Position numbers and translations under genes: made by a program | Notes under the pieces: model-generated | Seen by the model: only the letters and a program-made list of their open reading frames with translations | Told to the model about the DNA's origin: nothing | Databases searched by the model: none | Origin: Octopus vulgaris | Taxonomy: Eukaryota | Length of the DNA stretch: 64,000 bases | NCBI GenBank assembly: GCA_951406725.2 | Contig: OX597815.1 | Coordinates: forward strand, 142,600,001 to 142,664,000 | Direction of reading: 5' to 3' | Shown: in pieces, positions 42,282-55,997 of the stretch | How positions within the stretch are numbered: position 1 is the stretch's first letter | How the letters are laid out: the number at the start of each line of letters is the position of its first letter

Positions 42282-43424
42282 TATATGTATATATATATAT
42301 TTATAAATATATATATGGGGGAGGGGTGTTATTATTTAGTCCAATTTCAAGAGCCGGTTTATAACCTAAATGCAAGGTTACTTCATTGGAATGTCAACAA
42401 CAGCAACAGAACATTTTTGCAAGTATGTATATGTGCAGCTTTGTATATTTTGTTTTATACATGTATTCTCATGGGTGTGGGTTTGAATGTGTGTGTGTAT
42501 GTGTGGGGTTATAAAAAGGAAATGCATTGCTTTTATATAACAATAAACACGGAGATATCGTTATGTATATACAGATAGAGACTGAAAGAGAAAAAGAGAG
42601 ACAGATGTCTCTTTAGTGTGTGTTGTGAATATGTATAAACATTACTATACTATGTATGCCTTGTGCAATATATGGAATATATGAATATAGACAAGTTGAA
42701 CATTGGTTAGATGAATTAAACATGGTGAATACCATAAAGCAATTTACATAAAATAATTGAAGTGAATCAAATAATTAGGTTGCTGACAGGAAGACTAAAC
42801 AGTATGAACCGTTAGTAATTTATTATGATTCGAACACACTTAATGCTGTACATTATTGGCTTTCCCACTTTTAAAAACTATATAAACACCCTGATGTCGA
42901 TTATACAACCTTCAGTCTTTCTAAACCTACTTCAAAAACGTTTGTATATATGCACACTTTCTCTAAGCCCATTTGATTTAATCTATGGAAAAGTGTTAGT
43001 TTAGCCCTTATATGGTGGGCCCCAGAGCATGGTGGAAGAAACTGAGAAAGTTATGCTCACATCAAAAAGCCGACCCAAATGCTTGCATCTGCCTGTGCTT
43101 CGTTAAAGGCACCAAAATGCCTAATGCTGATGCGAAGCTAGGAGACTTATTAAACTTACAAAGATAAAACTTCAATGCACTACGAGCTTCAGAATAGAAA
43201 TTCACACAACATTGTCTCCCATACACTAATATAAGAACTCCCACGTATATGTCATACAAACTCTTATGCAATCTATATTTGTCAGAAATATATATACACA
43301 TTGGTATGTATTCTGGTCGCTGTTTCTCTGAAAACCATAGACACAAAGACTTTTATACTTATGCGAAAAAGCAATCATCATGCACACACACACACACACA
43401 CATATATATCAACATGTGATCAAC

Positions 43425-43637
43425 ATGTGATCTCTTGAGCACCACCAGCAAAAATATTTTTTCCTCTGTCTTCCCTTCTTGGGATCTTTCCTTCTCCTTG
43501 TTTCCGACGAAGAGCTCCGCTCGAAACGTTAAACCCTCCTTCCCTTCTTTCCTGAGCGTCAATAATACTTTAATTGTTCAACGTCCTCGCGTTGCTGTGT
43601 TTTTTTTCTCTTTTTTTCTGTGTTTTCTTGTTTGGAT

Positions 43638-43642
<5 letters not shown>
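43425..43642 (+). mobile_element. ~210-bp hammerhead-like unit, copy 2
   Basis: Near-identical to 41363-41572; followed by (TA)n. Confidence 0.75.
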
Positions 43643-43669
<27 letters not shown>

Positions 43670-43671
43670 AC

Positions 43672-44423
43672 TTAGAAAGGTTTTGGCCAGTATTGGCCCA
43701 GGCCATGTTTAACTTAATAGCACCACCTGGCGAAGTCTTTCAATTCAGGATTTGGGCACAAAGGCCCATTCGAGCAGAGAGTTATTGTTTGCGGAGACAT
43801 ATCCGGGTGTGGGTGGTTTGTCCGGGATTGTTTGAAGGAATTTGACCAAAGACTTCCTGAATTTTGTGTGGTCAGTTTCTGTTTTGATGTGTCCTGGTGT
43901 AATGTTGAAGAGAGCGGGTCCAATTGAGGTGAAATAATTGTGCCGAATTGTTGTTATGAGATGCGATTTAGATTTTTGTCGTGGACAGATGGCACTGGTC
44001 CAAGCCTTGGATGTATTTTGAAGGTGATGCCAACATCATTCGGACAGTGCTGATGGAATATTTTCCACACCATACAGATAATGTAGCGTTCACGGCGTCG
44101 TTGGAGTAAATACAGTTTCAGCTTTTCTAGTCTACCCCAGTAGTCGAGGTCTGACATGCCATCTATCTTTTATGCGATTGACCTTTGGGGAGCTTCAATT
44201 CTCATAATATTTTGTTTCGTGTAGGGAGATTACAGTGGACAGCAGTATTCAAGGTGGAGTCGGGCAAAATTGGAGAAGAGAAGGATAATGGTGTGGGAAT
44301 CTCTCGACTGGAAGGTTCTGAGAATCCAGGAACACATTCTGCGGGCCATGTCAACTTTGCTGCTTATATGTGTTGCCCAGCTTATGTTGTTGTCCACTGT
44401 TACTCCCAAGTCTCTGATGTTGT
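43672..44423 (-). mobile_element. 5'-truncated, diverged copy of the 8765-11970 LINE
   Basis: Colinear with 8788-9535 (ttggcccaggccatg..aacttaatagcaccacctgg; [25 protein letters not shown]); frameshifts present; 3' end abuts (TA)n. Confidence 0.92.
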
Positions 44424-45690
44424 TATATGTATTTGTTATTTTATTGTTATTTTATTATCATTGTTTTGGCAATTTACTTAATCATTGACATTTTATTGTT
44501 ATTTTAATTTTAATATTTCTATTATATGTAATTTTCTAGATGGTGTAATTTAATTGTTCATTTTGAATTGATAAAAGGTGTTATCAACGCATTAGAAGCA
44601 ACTCAATGATGGATTATCCACGGTGTCGATCGACGTGCATGAAATAGCTGCAAGATATCACAGGAGCCACTTCTTACGGTCTTTAGGAGGGCATTTTTAA
44701 TAACGTATTTCTCCATACACTGAGCACTCCTACTAAATATAATACAGATCGTAGCTAAGACTGAAAAGTGTAAGGCCAATATGCAGGGACATTGTATATC
44801 TAATTCATTTCGTCCTTGACAATCTAACCAACATCTCTAAATCCTGTAGCATGTATGAGCTAAACTGTTTGTAACTTACCTTCTCCTCATAAAAGTTGCA
44901 GATAGAAATAAAACTATCAATTTAATTACATTTGCTGCTTCTCAGAACAAAAAAAAGTTAACCCGAATTATAGTGTCGATCTCTACAACACATCAATGAT
45001 TACCTTCTAGCTATGTAAGAGGTGCCTGACATGCGTTGCAGACGTTCACAAAATCAGAAACGAGGCTGTTGGTCGACATTTGCAAACATTCCAAGAGGAC
45101 AGCCACAGAAGAGCTTTGTTTTATAGTTATCAAATTGATAATAAAACCAACATACTACAAAATCTGACGTATGCATCCTCTCTTCCAACTCACTTCTTCC
45201 GTTATTACTCTTCATTGACTAAGTTACAAAGCCACATAACCGTCAACACGTAATTCTCTCTCTCGCTCTCTCTCTCACACACACATACACGCACATTATA
45301 TATATATATTCTGCTTCTTTTTCTCTTTCTGTCTCTCTCTCTCCTCTTTTTCTCTTCTCCTTCTCTCAGTTTCTCCTCACTCATTTACCGTAGTGAACAC
45401 TTCCTACAGTGCTTAATTCTAAAATAACATAAATCATGCACAGACAGATTTCCCATGCCGCCGATGACTAACATCATTAAAAACTGAACAGTACTGAAAT
45501 CTCCCGCGTTTTCAGAGACGATACTGTTATTATGTACAGCATCTCGCCATTTCCTTGGCTTCCAGCAAACTGTATTTACAAAAACAGACTATTTCCGATA
45601 GGCGTTGGAAGAATACTTTTACACAAAGAATCAAATACACACATAACATACCTGCACGCACACATACACACACACACACACACTTACACC

Positions 45691-45721
<31 letters not shown>

Positions 45722-46193
45722 GTGTGTGTGTGTGTGTATGTGTGTATGCGTGTGTCATTTTTCTCGCCTACCAAAATATTTTCTCTCTCTTCTTTTTGTC
45801 TTCTACTATTTTCTTCACTTCTATTTAATCTATATCCTTTCAAAGTTCTGCCCAGGTGTTACACATTACAATGTGGCATCGCCCAACGGCCTTTCATGTT
45901 TGTCTTTGTCAATTGTTTACACTGTATGCCCACATTGTCGTTGTTTGATCTTTCGAAGCTCTAACTCTCCACAGATTTCATATTTTTCCAAATTTCTGGA
46001 TGCTGATGTTTTAAGAAGGTCTCCTATCTTGACGTTGAAAGCTCAAAATAGGGAATAATTAACAGTCGACAACAGAGGAGTGGTTAAACTTCTTTTGGTA
46101 TTTTGTTCTGTACTTATCTCTCGTGTGTTTACGTATTTTTCACTCGTTGGTGATCTCCTGTACTTGATGTAATGTATTGTGTATATATATATG

Positions 46194-46227
<34 letters not shown>

Positions 46228-46249
46228 TGTATGTATGTATGTATGTATG

Positions 46250-46280
<31 letters not shown>

Positions 46281-46309
46281 TGATATGTATATATATAATT
46301 TTATCTTCT

Positions 46310-46610
46310 CTTGTACTTGTTTCAGTTATGAGATTGCGGCCATGGTGCGGCACCACCTTGAAGAAATTTTCGTCAAATGTATCGACCCCTAGTATATTTT
46401 TTTTAATACAGTTCTATGTTAAAGCGATGAGGAATTATGTACATTATTTACATTATTTACATTTGACGGATATTTGTCCTCATCTTGTTTGTTGTTAAGA
46501 CAACGTTTCGGGTAATATACACTCCAGCCTTCATCAGGTGTCTTGGGGAAATTTCGAACCTGGGTTCTCATTCCTAACATATTTTTCGATGTTATTATTA
46601 TCATTATTAA

Positions 46611-46675
<65 letters not shown>

Positions 46676-47227
46676 TGTTTGACTTTTGCTTTAAATTTGC
46701 ACAAGCTGCCTCCAAGTCTCACCCAGAGACCTCAAGAGACAACAAGTTGGAAGTTCATGTTGGTGTTATGCCTAGGGTATATTTGGTTTTGTACTTAGTG
46801 TTGTACTAGTGAATGTCTAAAAAAATGATACGAAAATTATGTTTGTTTTAAAACTTGTGATTACATAGAAAGATTTTGCGTGGGATTTGAGCAGTTCCCA
46901 TGAGCACTATCTTTTTAAATTTCTGCCATTTTGTGGTTTCCTGGAATCTGAGTTAGGAACAAATATCCGTAAAATGTAAATAATGTAAATAATATATATT
47001 TAAAGCCTGGTATTTATTCTATCGAGACCTTTCGTCGAAGCAGCAGGTTACCTAGCACGTAAACACACAAAGCCCGTTGTGAAGCAGTGGTGGTGGACAA
47101 ACAGTGGTATTTATATATATATATATTTACAATTATTTAGTAAACACAGAATATGAGTTACAATTAGGATCCACGTCGTGGGCCAAACTCGGAATCGTGT
47201 ATTTGAATAGCGAGCTTGTTACCACAC

Positions 47228-47230
<3 letters not shown>
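46310..47230 (-). mobile_element. SINE (5392 family) interrupted by a hammerhead unit carrying an R4/Dong 3' fragment
   Basis: SINE parts 46310-46400 and ~47000-47230; hammerhead unit 46407-46590; (AAT)n 46592-46674; LTQIPGNHKMAEI*KIVLMGTAQIPRK plus UTR 46675-46955; inverted stub 46959-46993. Confidence 0.7.
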
Positions 47231-47323
<93 letters not shown>

Positions 47324-48157
47324 GGATGGATGGATGGATGGATGGATGGATGGATGGATGGATGGATGGATGGATATACGTATATAAGCTCGTGTGACTA
47401 CAGTCGGATGTGTGACTGTTACTAATGAATTTAGAATTTCAGGCAGAGTATCATCCAGTCTACATGAAGGAAGCGGGTACGATTAGTACTGTTCTTAGAA
47501 ATAATACGAGTTATGACATACAGGGCAAATATAGAAGAAAAAGAAATAGATTAAGCCGAAAACATGGTTTATATCCCATTAAATTCTACGCATGTTCTTC
47601 CATTGTGGATAGTTGCATCTTCTGCAGTGGGCGTTAGTGTATTTGCATGCATATACGCAAAGGTTCTCCTGCAGAACACGGTATGTGTGCGTGTGTGCGT
47701 GTGTGTGTGCGTGTGTGCGTGTGTGTGTGCGCGTAGGTTTGGTGATGCAAACGTTTGATAACTGCTAATGCACGAAACACTCGAAACTTGAGTCACTCCC
47801 GTGTGTGCGTGCGTGACGGTATGTGATAATACTCACGTATGAGAGAAAGACCATGCGTGGATGTTTCCGTGTGCGTATTCACATTACCTATGTAATTGAT
47901 GTCTTATTAATATTCTACAAGCGTTGCAATACCTCAAAACCAGCAGGGTGTGAAACTCCAACAACTGATGCCCCTGACCTTTCTTCTACACCTTATTTTT
48001 CTTACCCCTCACGTTCTTCTCTTCATACTGACCACATGATTTTTTACATTATATAGTTTACTTTATTTATTTATTCACCTAAATTAATACTAGACTTCTC
48101 AGCCTACCTCCCATTGGAAATTAGTACTATCTTAGAACCAATATCTTCCTTCGAAGC

Positions 48158-48365
48158 CTGGCAGAATCGTTAGTGCACCAGGCCGAATGCTATTGGCATT
48201 CTGTCCGTCGTTACGTTCGGAGTTCAAATTCCGCGTAGATCAACTTTGCCTTTCATCCTTTCGGGGTCGATAAATTAGGTACCAGTGAAACACTGAGGCC
48301 AATCTAATCGACTTATGCTCTCTTCATAACATTTCAGGCCATGTGCCTACGGTAGAAAGGATTAT
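48158..48365 (+). mobile_element. tRNA-derived SINE
   Basis: ctggcagaatcgttagtgcacc..GAGTTCAAATTCCg..caactttgcctttcatcctttcggggtcgataaattaggtaccag. Confidence 0.7.
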
Positions 48366-48812
48366 TTAACCCCTGGTTATTTGTGATTTAGTTTACTGTA
48401 GTCACATACTGCTTCTTCTTCTGGATTTGTATTGTTCCATTACCATTACTCTCTTTAAGCAAATCATAAATGGCAACATGCTGGGTGCATCTATTATCTG
48501 TTAATATATATAGAGAGAGAACTAGCTCAATCCCTGTAGTAATGTTGCAGCATTCTGCTACAATATATCGTTTTGAGGTTTAGTTTATTGGTTCCAACAT
48601 TAGCACCATTCTATAATTGGGTACAAACAAACATATATATTTATCCATATATGTTTGTGTGTGTACACTTTATGATTTTATGTATTGATATTGATGTAAT
48701 AGCTTTTGTATAACAGACAAGAGAATGAAACTGCCTTCAACAGATGTAATAAACATTTACTCCCTCCCACACCTCCCTTCTCTTACGTGTTCTCTCTCTC
48801 ATTTGGTATATT

Positions 48813-48885
<73 letters not shown>

Positions 48886-48919
48886 ATGTATGTGTAGTAT
48901 ATGAGTTGAGCAAAAGTTT

Positions 48920-49122
48920 ATTTTCAGATGAATGCGGTACTTAAGTTGAGGCACCGGAATTTAATACGGTATTATCCATAAAATTTCAAAATGAGGTGAT
49001 TAGAATCAAACTAAACAACAAAGATATCCAGAGGCAATGCAGTACGATCGTTTCAAGCAACTCCATTTAATTGAACAATGCAACCATTATATCAGTTTAA
49101 ATGCAGAGCAATCCTCAGCTGT
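48920..49122 (-). mobile_element. Penelope-type terminal repeat plus tail (family of 19730-19925)
   Basis: Reverse complement aligns to 19730-19925 (gatatccagag..tgcagtacga..cgtttcaag..ccatttaattgaaca..atcctcag). Confidence 0.7.
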
Positions 49123-49238
49123 ATGTATGAATGTATGTATGTATGTATATATGTATGTATGCATGTATGCATGTGTGTATGTATGTACGTATGTATGTAT
49201 GTATGTATGTACGTATGTATGTATGTATGTATGTATGT

Positions 49239-49269
<31 letters not shown>

Positions 49270-49277
49270 TGCATACT

Positions 49278-49318
<41 letters not shown>

Positions 49319-49689
49319 GTGTGTGTGTGTTTGCGTATGTGTGCGATTGACTGCCGTACTGTTTTCGTTTCCAAAATTCCCTCACACGATCGACATTTGC
49401 ACAAGGGTCGGTGCAGTGGGTGTGAAACTGCAACAAAGTGATTACAGAGTAAACTTCTTTCTTTTTTTCCTCCCCAGTATCCATGCTCAGTTTCTCTATA
49501 TTTCAACTTAGATCAGGCTTCGTTCTGTAGAAATTAATTCAATACTGATCAACTTATTGGAAACACTGGCATGGAGTGAACGCTCCAGAGATTACATATA
49601 TTAATAGAACAGAAAAGCCGCTATACCATTGAGTACTTTTACGATTCAACCAGATTAAAGAAAATCGCCCTCTCTCTCAAACACACACC

Positions 49690-49731
<42 letters not shown>

Positions 49732-49897
49732 AATGTATAAACGCATAAATACGTATATGCATATAGGTACATGTTTGAACACATGTGCATGCATAGACAT
49801 GTATTTATGTATATGGATGTTAATATATACATGCCTGTTTTTGCATGTATATGTGTGTGTGTGTGTGTGTGCGTGTTTGTCTATGTGAGTGTGTATG

Positions 49898-49966
<69 letters not shown>

Positions 49967-50277
49967 GTGTTCACGCGTGTGTGTCTGCTTTGCTGAGAAA
50001 TGTAGATGGAGAGTGGAACAAGTTGGAGAAAAGTTGTAATAAAGAAAATCGTTAGATTCATGAAAAAGTATATTCAGAAAAGACATTACAGTAATTTTAT
50101 TTTATTTTATTTTATTTTATTTTATTTTATTCTATTCTATTTTTTTCTCGAACGTGAAATTTGTTAAATAAAAACTATGAGAAATCACATATTGCAGACA
50201 TTTGATATATATGTTTTCTTAATTTCTTCATTAATATTTTAATATTCAAACAATTTCCTGTATGCCTATCACATACA

Positions 50278-50383
<106 letters not shown>

Positions 50384-50509
50384 CACAAACACACAAATAC
50401 ACGCAAAAACACGCAGACAAACACACACACATGCATATACATAGCTTCATACGCATTCATAGACGTAGATACACAGATACAGAAATGTAAGCAGAAATAC
50501 GCAGGCGTA

Positions 50510-50568
<59 letters not shown>

Positions 50569-50846
50569 GTGTGTGTCTGTGCGTGTGTGCTTCTATGTAA
50601 GTCAGTATATACACATGTAGATAGAAATGCATGTACTTGTGCATGTATATATTTGCATATGTGTATATATATATACACATATATACATGTATATATAAAT
50701 ATATATCTTACAAAAGTATATTTTACATGCACACATATATGCTTATACATACTTTGTTTATATATACATATAAATATATATATATGTATATATATATGCA
50801 TGTATATATGCATACGTGTATGTACAAATGTATATAAGAATATTCG

Positions 50847-50882
<36 letters not shown>

Positions 50883-51579
50883 CATATATATATACACATA
50901 TATATATATACAAATACATACATATATCTACACATATATACATATATATACACATACATACATGTATATATGTATGTATATGCATCCTCACATTCGTACA
51001 CACATAGTTGTTTCAATAACAGTAATATATTTTATTTCACTTCTTTTTATTTTCTCTAATAACTTCATATGAATATTTTCCATCGAAATATCAATGTGAG
51101 TTGCATTGTAATAACAAACTTGTTAAATTATAATACCACGCTCCTCTGATATTATAAAGCACTACCAAGCACAGATAAATATCTTAATTAAAACATGACT
51201 ATGAATATTTAAATCCATATATATATCTTCAGGCGAATACTTTGTATCGTCATCTTGTAGAGCAACAGAGAAATCAGAAGGAGAATGAGGAAAATTGAGA
51301 GAAGCAGTAGAAAAGAGATAGTTTTCTTCTTTATTTTTATCCTTTTTTTTTCTTGAAAGAGAGTATGGAGAGACATTAAAATGCACTTCACACGCCGCGA
51401 GGAAAATATTGCTGTGAAAAGAAGGCAAATTACTATAAACTGTCTGATAATATCAGAAAGAAGAGTTAGGAAAACAACGTAGGGTAAACCATACAAAAAT
51501 CAATATGTATTCAACACTACAAAAGCTTTTAAGCTGCTATAAAAATCGACTGGAATATTTTTTTTAGAACATTTCATTG

Positions 51580-52225
51580 TGCATTTTGTGGCGGTGACGG
51601 CCGCTGTGTTGGCAGTAGGTGTTGAGTAGTGGTGATATATGCGACGATGCGGCGACGGGAGTGCAGCGGCAGGGATGTTTGCAGTGGGGGGGTGTTGTTT
51701 TTGTTGTTTTCGTTGTTGTTGTTGTCGGTTGTGGTGGTGGTAGTGGTGGTGGTTGTGGTGGTGGTGATGGTGGTTTTGGTGGTGGTGGTGGTGATGGTTT
51801 TGGTGAGAGTGCTGGTGCTGGTGCTGGTGGTTGTAGTGGCGGCGGTGTTGATAGTGGTCGTGGTTGTGATGGTGGTTGTACCATTAGTAGAGGTGGTAGT
51901 ATTGAAAGGGATGAAGCTTATTGACGGAATTTTAGCTTACAGCGGTAGGAGAGGCAGCCATAGGTGATCATCGCAGCATATTTACTATTTGTAACTCATA
52001 TCGATGATGATGATGGTGATGATGACGATGATGATGATGATGATGAGGATGATGATGATGATGATGATAGTGGTGGTGGTGGGGATGGGGGGCGGTGGTG
52101 GTGCTGTTGCAATGATGATGTAGCATTCAGCTCAACCAGAATCACGTGCACCACAAACATCATTATCATTATCGCTATCTTCATCAAATCTATCTCACAA
52201 CAAACAACAGAAATTTAATCAATAC

Positions 52226-52263
<38 letters not shown>

Positions 52264-52380
52264 CCATCATCATTATATTTTACTATCACAGCCACCTGTA
52301 TCATCAACTTGAGCATTAAATATCACCACCACCAACAACAACAACAACAGCACCAGCATTATCATCACCATAAACATAAC
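51580..52380. repeat. Degenerate trinucleotide low-complexity tract (GGT/GTT/GAT/CAT/CAA)
   Basis: Run of mixed triplet repeats; poly-G/V/P/D ORFs on both strands lack domain signal. Confidence 0.8.
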
Positions 52381-52507
52381 GATCAATATTATTTGATGAC
52401 AAACACCATCATAATTTTTGACGGTAGAGCTGTTGTGTTTATATAAATGCGCATGAGCAATACATACACACATGCGCGCGCACACACGCACATATATATT
52501 TATGTAT

Positions 52508-52540
<33 letters not shown>

Positions 52541-52545
<5 letters not shown>

Positions 52546-52725
52546 GCCAACCAAATGTGTTGTCCTATACAGGACAGTGCTTTAACCCCAGGAAGACATG
52601 TCGTTTTCCTGGGGCTATAAGAGTCAGTAGCACTGTCCTCTATAGGACTCCACGCTTGGTTGGCAATTATATGTTATGATTCCGTATTGATACGGTTTAC
52701 TTCTTGATCAAAGATTTACTATAGC
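52541..52725 (+). mobile_element. Fold-back element with 3' tail, in (TA)n
   Basis: Arms tagttgccaaccaa..aggacagtgct..ccccaggaa / ttcctgggg..agcactgtcct..ttggttggcaatta (52541-52669), then ~55-nt unpaired tail. Confidence 0.75.
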
Positions 52726-52729
52726 TATA

Positions 52730-52849
<120 letters not shown>

Positions 52850-53262
52850 CATATACGCACACAGATGGCGAAACAGTAAGAGAGTGAGAGAGAGAGGGGG
52901 GGACGAAAGAGAGAAATAGAGAGAGGAGAAAGAGAGAGAGAGAGTGACTTGCTACGTCACCCCGAAAGTCAAAATATTTTGAAAGCGAAAAGAACCAAAT
53001 GCGTGTTGATAGTGGTAGTAACGACAGTGTAAGAGGTAGCTATAACGTTATCAATCGGCAGAGTTTTCCCGTTGGCACTGATTTTTACTATCGGCTTTGA
53101 TGTAGGGTGACTTGTCACCCAGTTCGTGTTGTCGAATCAAACAACGCTGGCTTGCCGCGTAAACTCGCAAGTAATTAAGTACTGCACTCTACGTATCTAC
53201 TCAATAGTCATTTTAAACAAAAACAGATTCACACACACACACATGCATATATATATATATAT

Positions 53263-53490
53263 ATAGAATGGTTGTATACTGTCAATCTAACACGAACCTG
53301 ACAGTAGGAGGGTACACCACCACTGTATAGCCCTAGGAAGCATCGACGCCTCCTGGTGGCTTCCTAGGGCTATACAGCGGTGGTGTACCCCCCTACTGTC
53401 ACGTTCGTGTTAGATCGACAGTATACAACCATTCTATCGCCCCACCACCGTACATGTCTCTACGAGAGATTTAGAAATTTAGTATTTCTT
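53263..53490 (+). mobile_element. Fold-back element with 3' tail, in (TA)n
   Basis: ~79-bp near-perfect arms 53263-53341 / 53359-53437, then ~52-nt tail cgcccaccaccgtacatgtctctacgagag.. Confidence 0.85.
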
Positions 53491-53514
53491 ATATATATAT
53501 ATATATATATATAT

Positions 53515-54115
53515 TAACCCGTTACATGGGTTATCTACAACTTGACATATGGCAATCATCACTACAAAAATATGGTACTTCATTTCATTGCTATTCAAAG
53601 GAGAAATGGAAGAGTTACTTAGATGATTGCTTTATACTTTAGAACGATATCATGGACAAATTTCCCGATTTCAAAATAATGCTCAACAATACCAATAGCA
53701 ACATGCAATTCACCATGGAACACAGAAATATACAACTTCCTTTTCTTAACATCCTAATTAAAATAGTCAGTAACCTCATCGAAACGGACATCTTCTTTAA
53801 GCCCACAGACAGATTCAAAACAATACCTATTATTGAACTCATGCCACTCAAAACACATAGACGATTCTGTACCATAGTTTCGGATACCAATGCTCGTGAA
53901 CGATGACTCCTTGAACATAAATCAACACTAATCATGAGACATTATGCAACGTCATTAATAAATGATGGGATTAAACAAGCGAAGGAAATAGAGATACAAA
54001 CATTAAGGGAAGTTAACCGAAATACTACAGCAGCTCTAAAATTATTCCCATACATCTCTACACACAACCCTAGAAACAATGAGGCTTTCAACATCATCAT
54101 CAAAAATTGCTTACC
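53515..54115 (+). mobile_element. Decayed Penelope-like RT C-terminal/thumb region
   Basis: YMGYL, SYLDDCFIL, NMQFTMEH..LPFLNILI..IETDIFFKPTD, RRFCTIVSD, FPYISTHNP: motifs typical of PLE reverse transcriptases. Confidence 0.8.
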
Positions 54116-54427
54116 TCCCTTGCATGTAATCTTTTCATTCAGGTACCATTAGACACAACACCGTTTGGAAATCGGTGTTCATTCAAAGATAGTGAGCAGC
54201 TCTGACGCTACGGGTATGATTTTAAATCTCTATAATGATTCATAATAAATATTTATATACTTCATAATTCAGCCTCAAATAATCTAATTTTCATGTATAT
54301 ATCTTTGCTTTTCTTAAAAAAGAACTTTATTTTTTATATCTAATGTGCATTTTCTGCTTTCTTTTTACTTTTCCCCTATTTATACCACGTGTACTCTTTT
54401 TTCTTTGAAGCCTATCTCTATTTTATA

Positions 54428-54486
<59 letters not shown>

Positions 54487-54488
<2 letters not shown>

Positions 54489-54625
54489 CCTTAGGCCTGT
54501 TTTTTCCTTGTGCTTGTGCGTATATAGACGTGTTTAATACACACGTCTATATACGCACAAGCACAGGGAGAAACAGGCCTAGGGGTAAAAGTCCTCTATT
54601 TACATGATATCGAGATCTCTTTCAT
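54487..54625 (+). mobile_element. Fold-back element with short tail
   Basis: acccttaggcctgttt..tgtgcttgtgcgtatatagacgtgt / acacgtctatatacgcacaagcaca..aaacaggcctaggggt (54487-54586). Confidence 0.75.
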
Positions 54626-54655
54626 TCTTTTGTTGTCTTTCCATTTTTATCAATA

Positions 54656-54778
<123 letters not shown>

Positions 54779-55041
54779 GTGTGTCTGTGTATATATGTGT
54801 GTGAGAGATCGTGTATTGGGGTATGTCGTAGTTTTTCTGTACTGGGCAGTCAGATGCGTACCTCGCCTTGATTCTGTAATAATCTGTGTAGCCAAATGAT
54901 CAAAAGGAGCCACACCATCAGCTGCTGCACCTTTTACATTCGTCTACCATAGATGTTCAAAAGGGTAGTTGATGAACACTCCTTTAACAGTAAAGAACTG
55001 CATATCAGATTGTAGTTACTGAAACTATGTATATATACATA

Positions 55042-55255
55042 GAGTTAATCCAAGCAAGAAAACACAGAAAAAAAACACAGCAACGCGAGGACGTGCAACA
55101 ATTAAAGTATTATTTGACGCTCAGGAAAGAAGGGAAGGAGGGTTTAACGTTTCGAGCGGAGCTCTTCGTCGGAAACATAGGAGAAGGAAAGATCCCGAGA
55201 AGGGAAGACAGAGGAAAAAAATATTTTTGCTGGTGGTGCTCAAGAGATCACATGT
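55042..55255 (-). mobile_element. ~210-bp hammerhead-like unit, copy 3
   Basis: Reverse complement of 41363-41572. Confidence 0.75.
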
Positions 55256-55261
55256 TGCTAC

Positions 55262-55313
<52 letters not shown>

Positions 55314-55997
55314 CACCATGCTGTCCTCCTGACATGTAATCTTTCATGGATGACTAAAGCAACTTTTGAAAGTGTAATGCCCCTTGAGATACTGTACGAT
55401 TCAGAACTCCAGCAATCTATGGGCACTATATTTCAGTAACTGAAAGACAATAGGATTTCTTTCCTACTGCTGGGTATATGCAGACCGAAGTTCGAACCTG
55501 TATCGAACGCTGCTGCTGTTCGAAGATTTTAAGTTCAAAGAATTTTATTTCACATATTTTTCATATTTATTTTGCCATTTCTATAGGTGTGTTGTTATAT
55601 ATAGATTTGTGTGCATATGCGTGTGTGTGTGTGTGCTAATTATTAATAAAACTATATTAGATTATATTGCTAGCTATTTAGACTAAGTCCATGATCCCTA
55701 TTTTAACGCTTTTCTATATCTTGTCTTTGAAATCACCTTTTCATAGTCTTTTGAAAGTAAATGTTTGTTTCGCGTAAATTCTTCACAAAACGTTCCAGGG
55801 TCATTTAGCTGGCATATTTGGGAATTACAGCTGTAGATTATGTGTCATAAGAAAATTGCCATCCCTTGACTTACTCTCTGTGAGATCCTTACTGTAAACG
55901 GAGATTAAGAGCTACATTTATACGGGATGTTTAGTTTTTGATCATTTCATGATTACTTAATCCAGACACATATTAGGCGTAAAACAAATTATATACT

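Noticed and set aside
51564-52218. Pro-, Gly-, Val- or Asp-rich proteins
   Set aside because: Triplet low-complexity DNA is open in several frames on both strands; no splice or domain support
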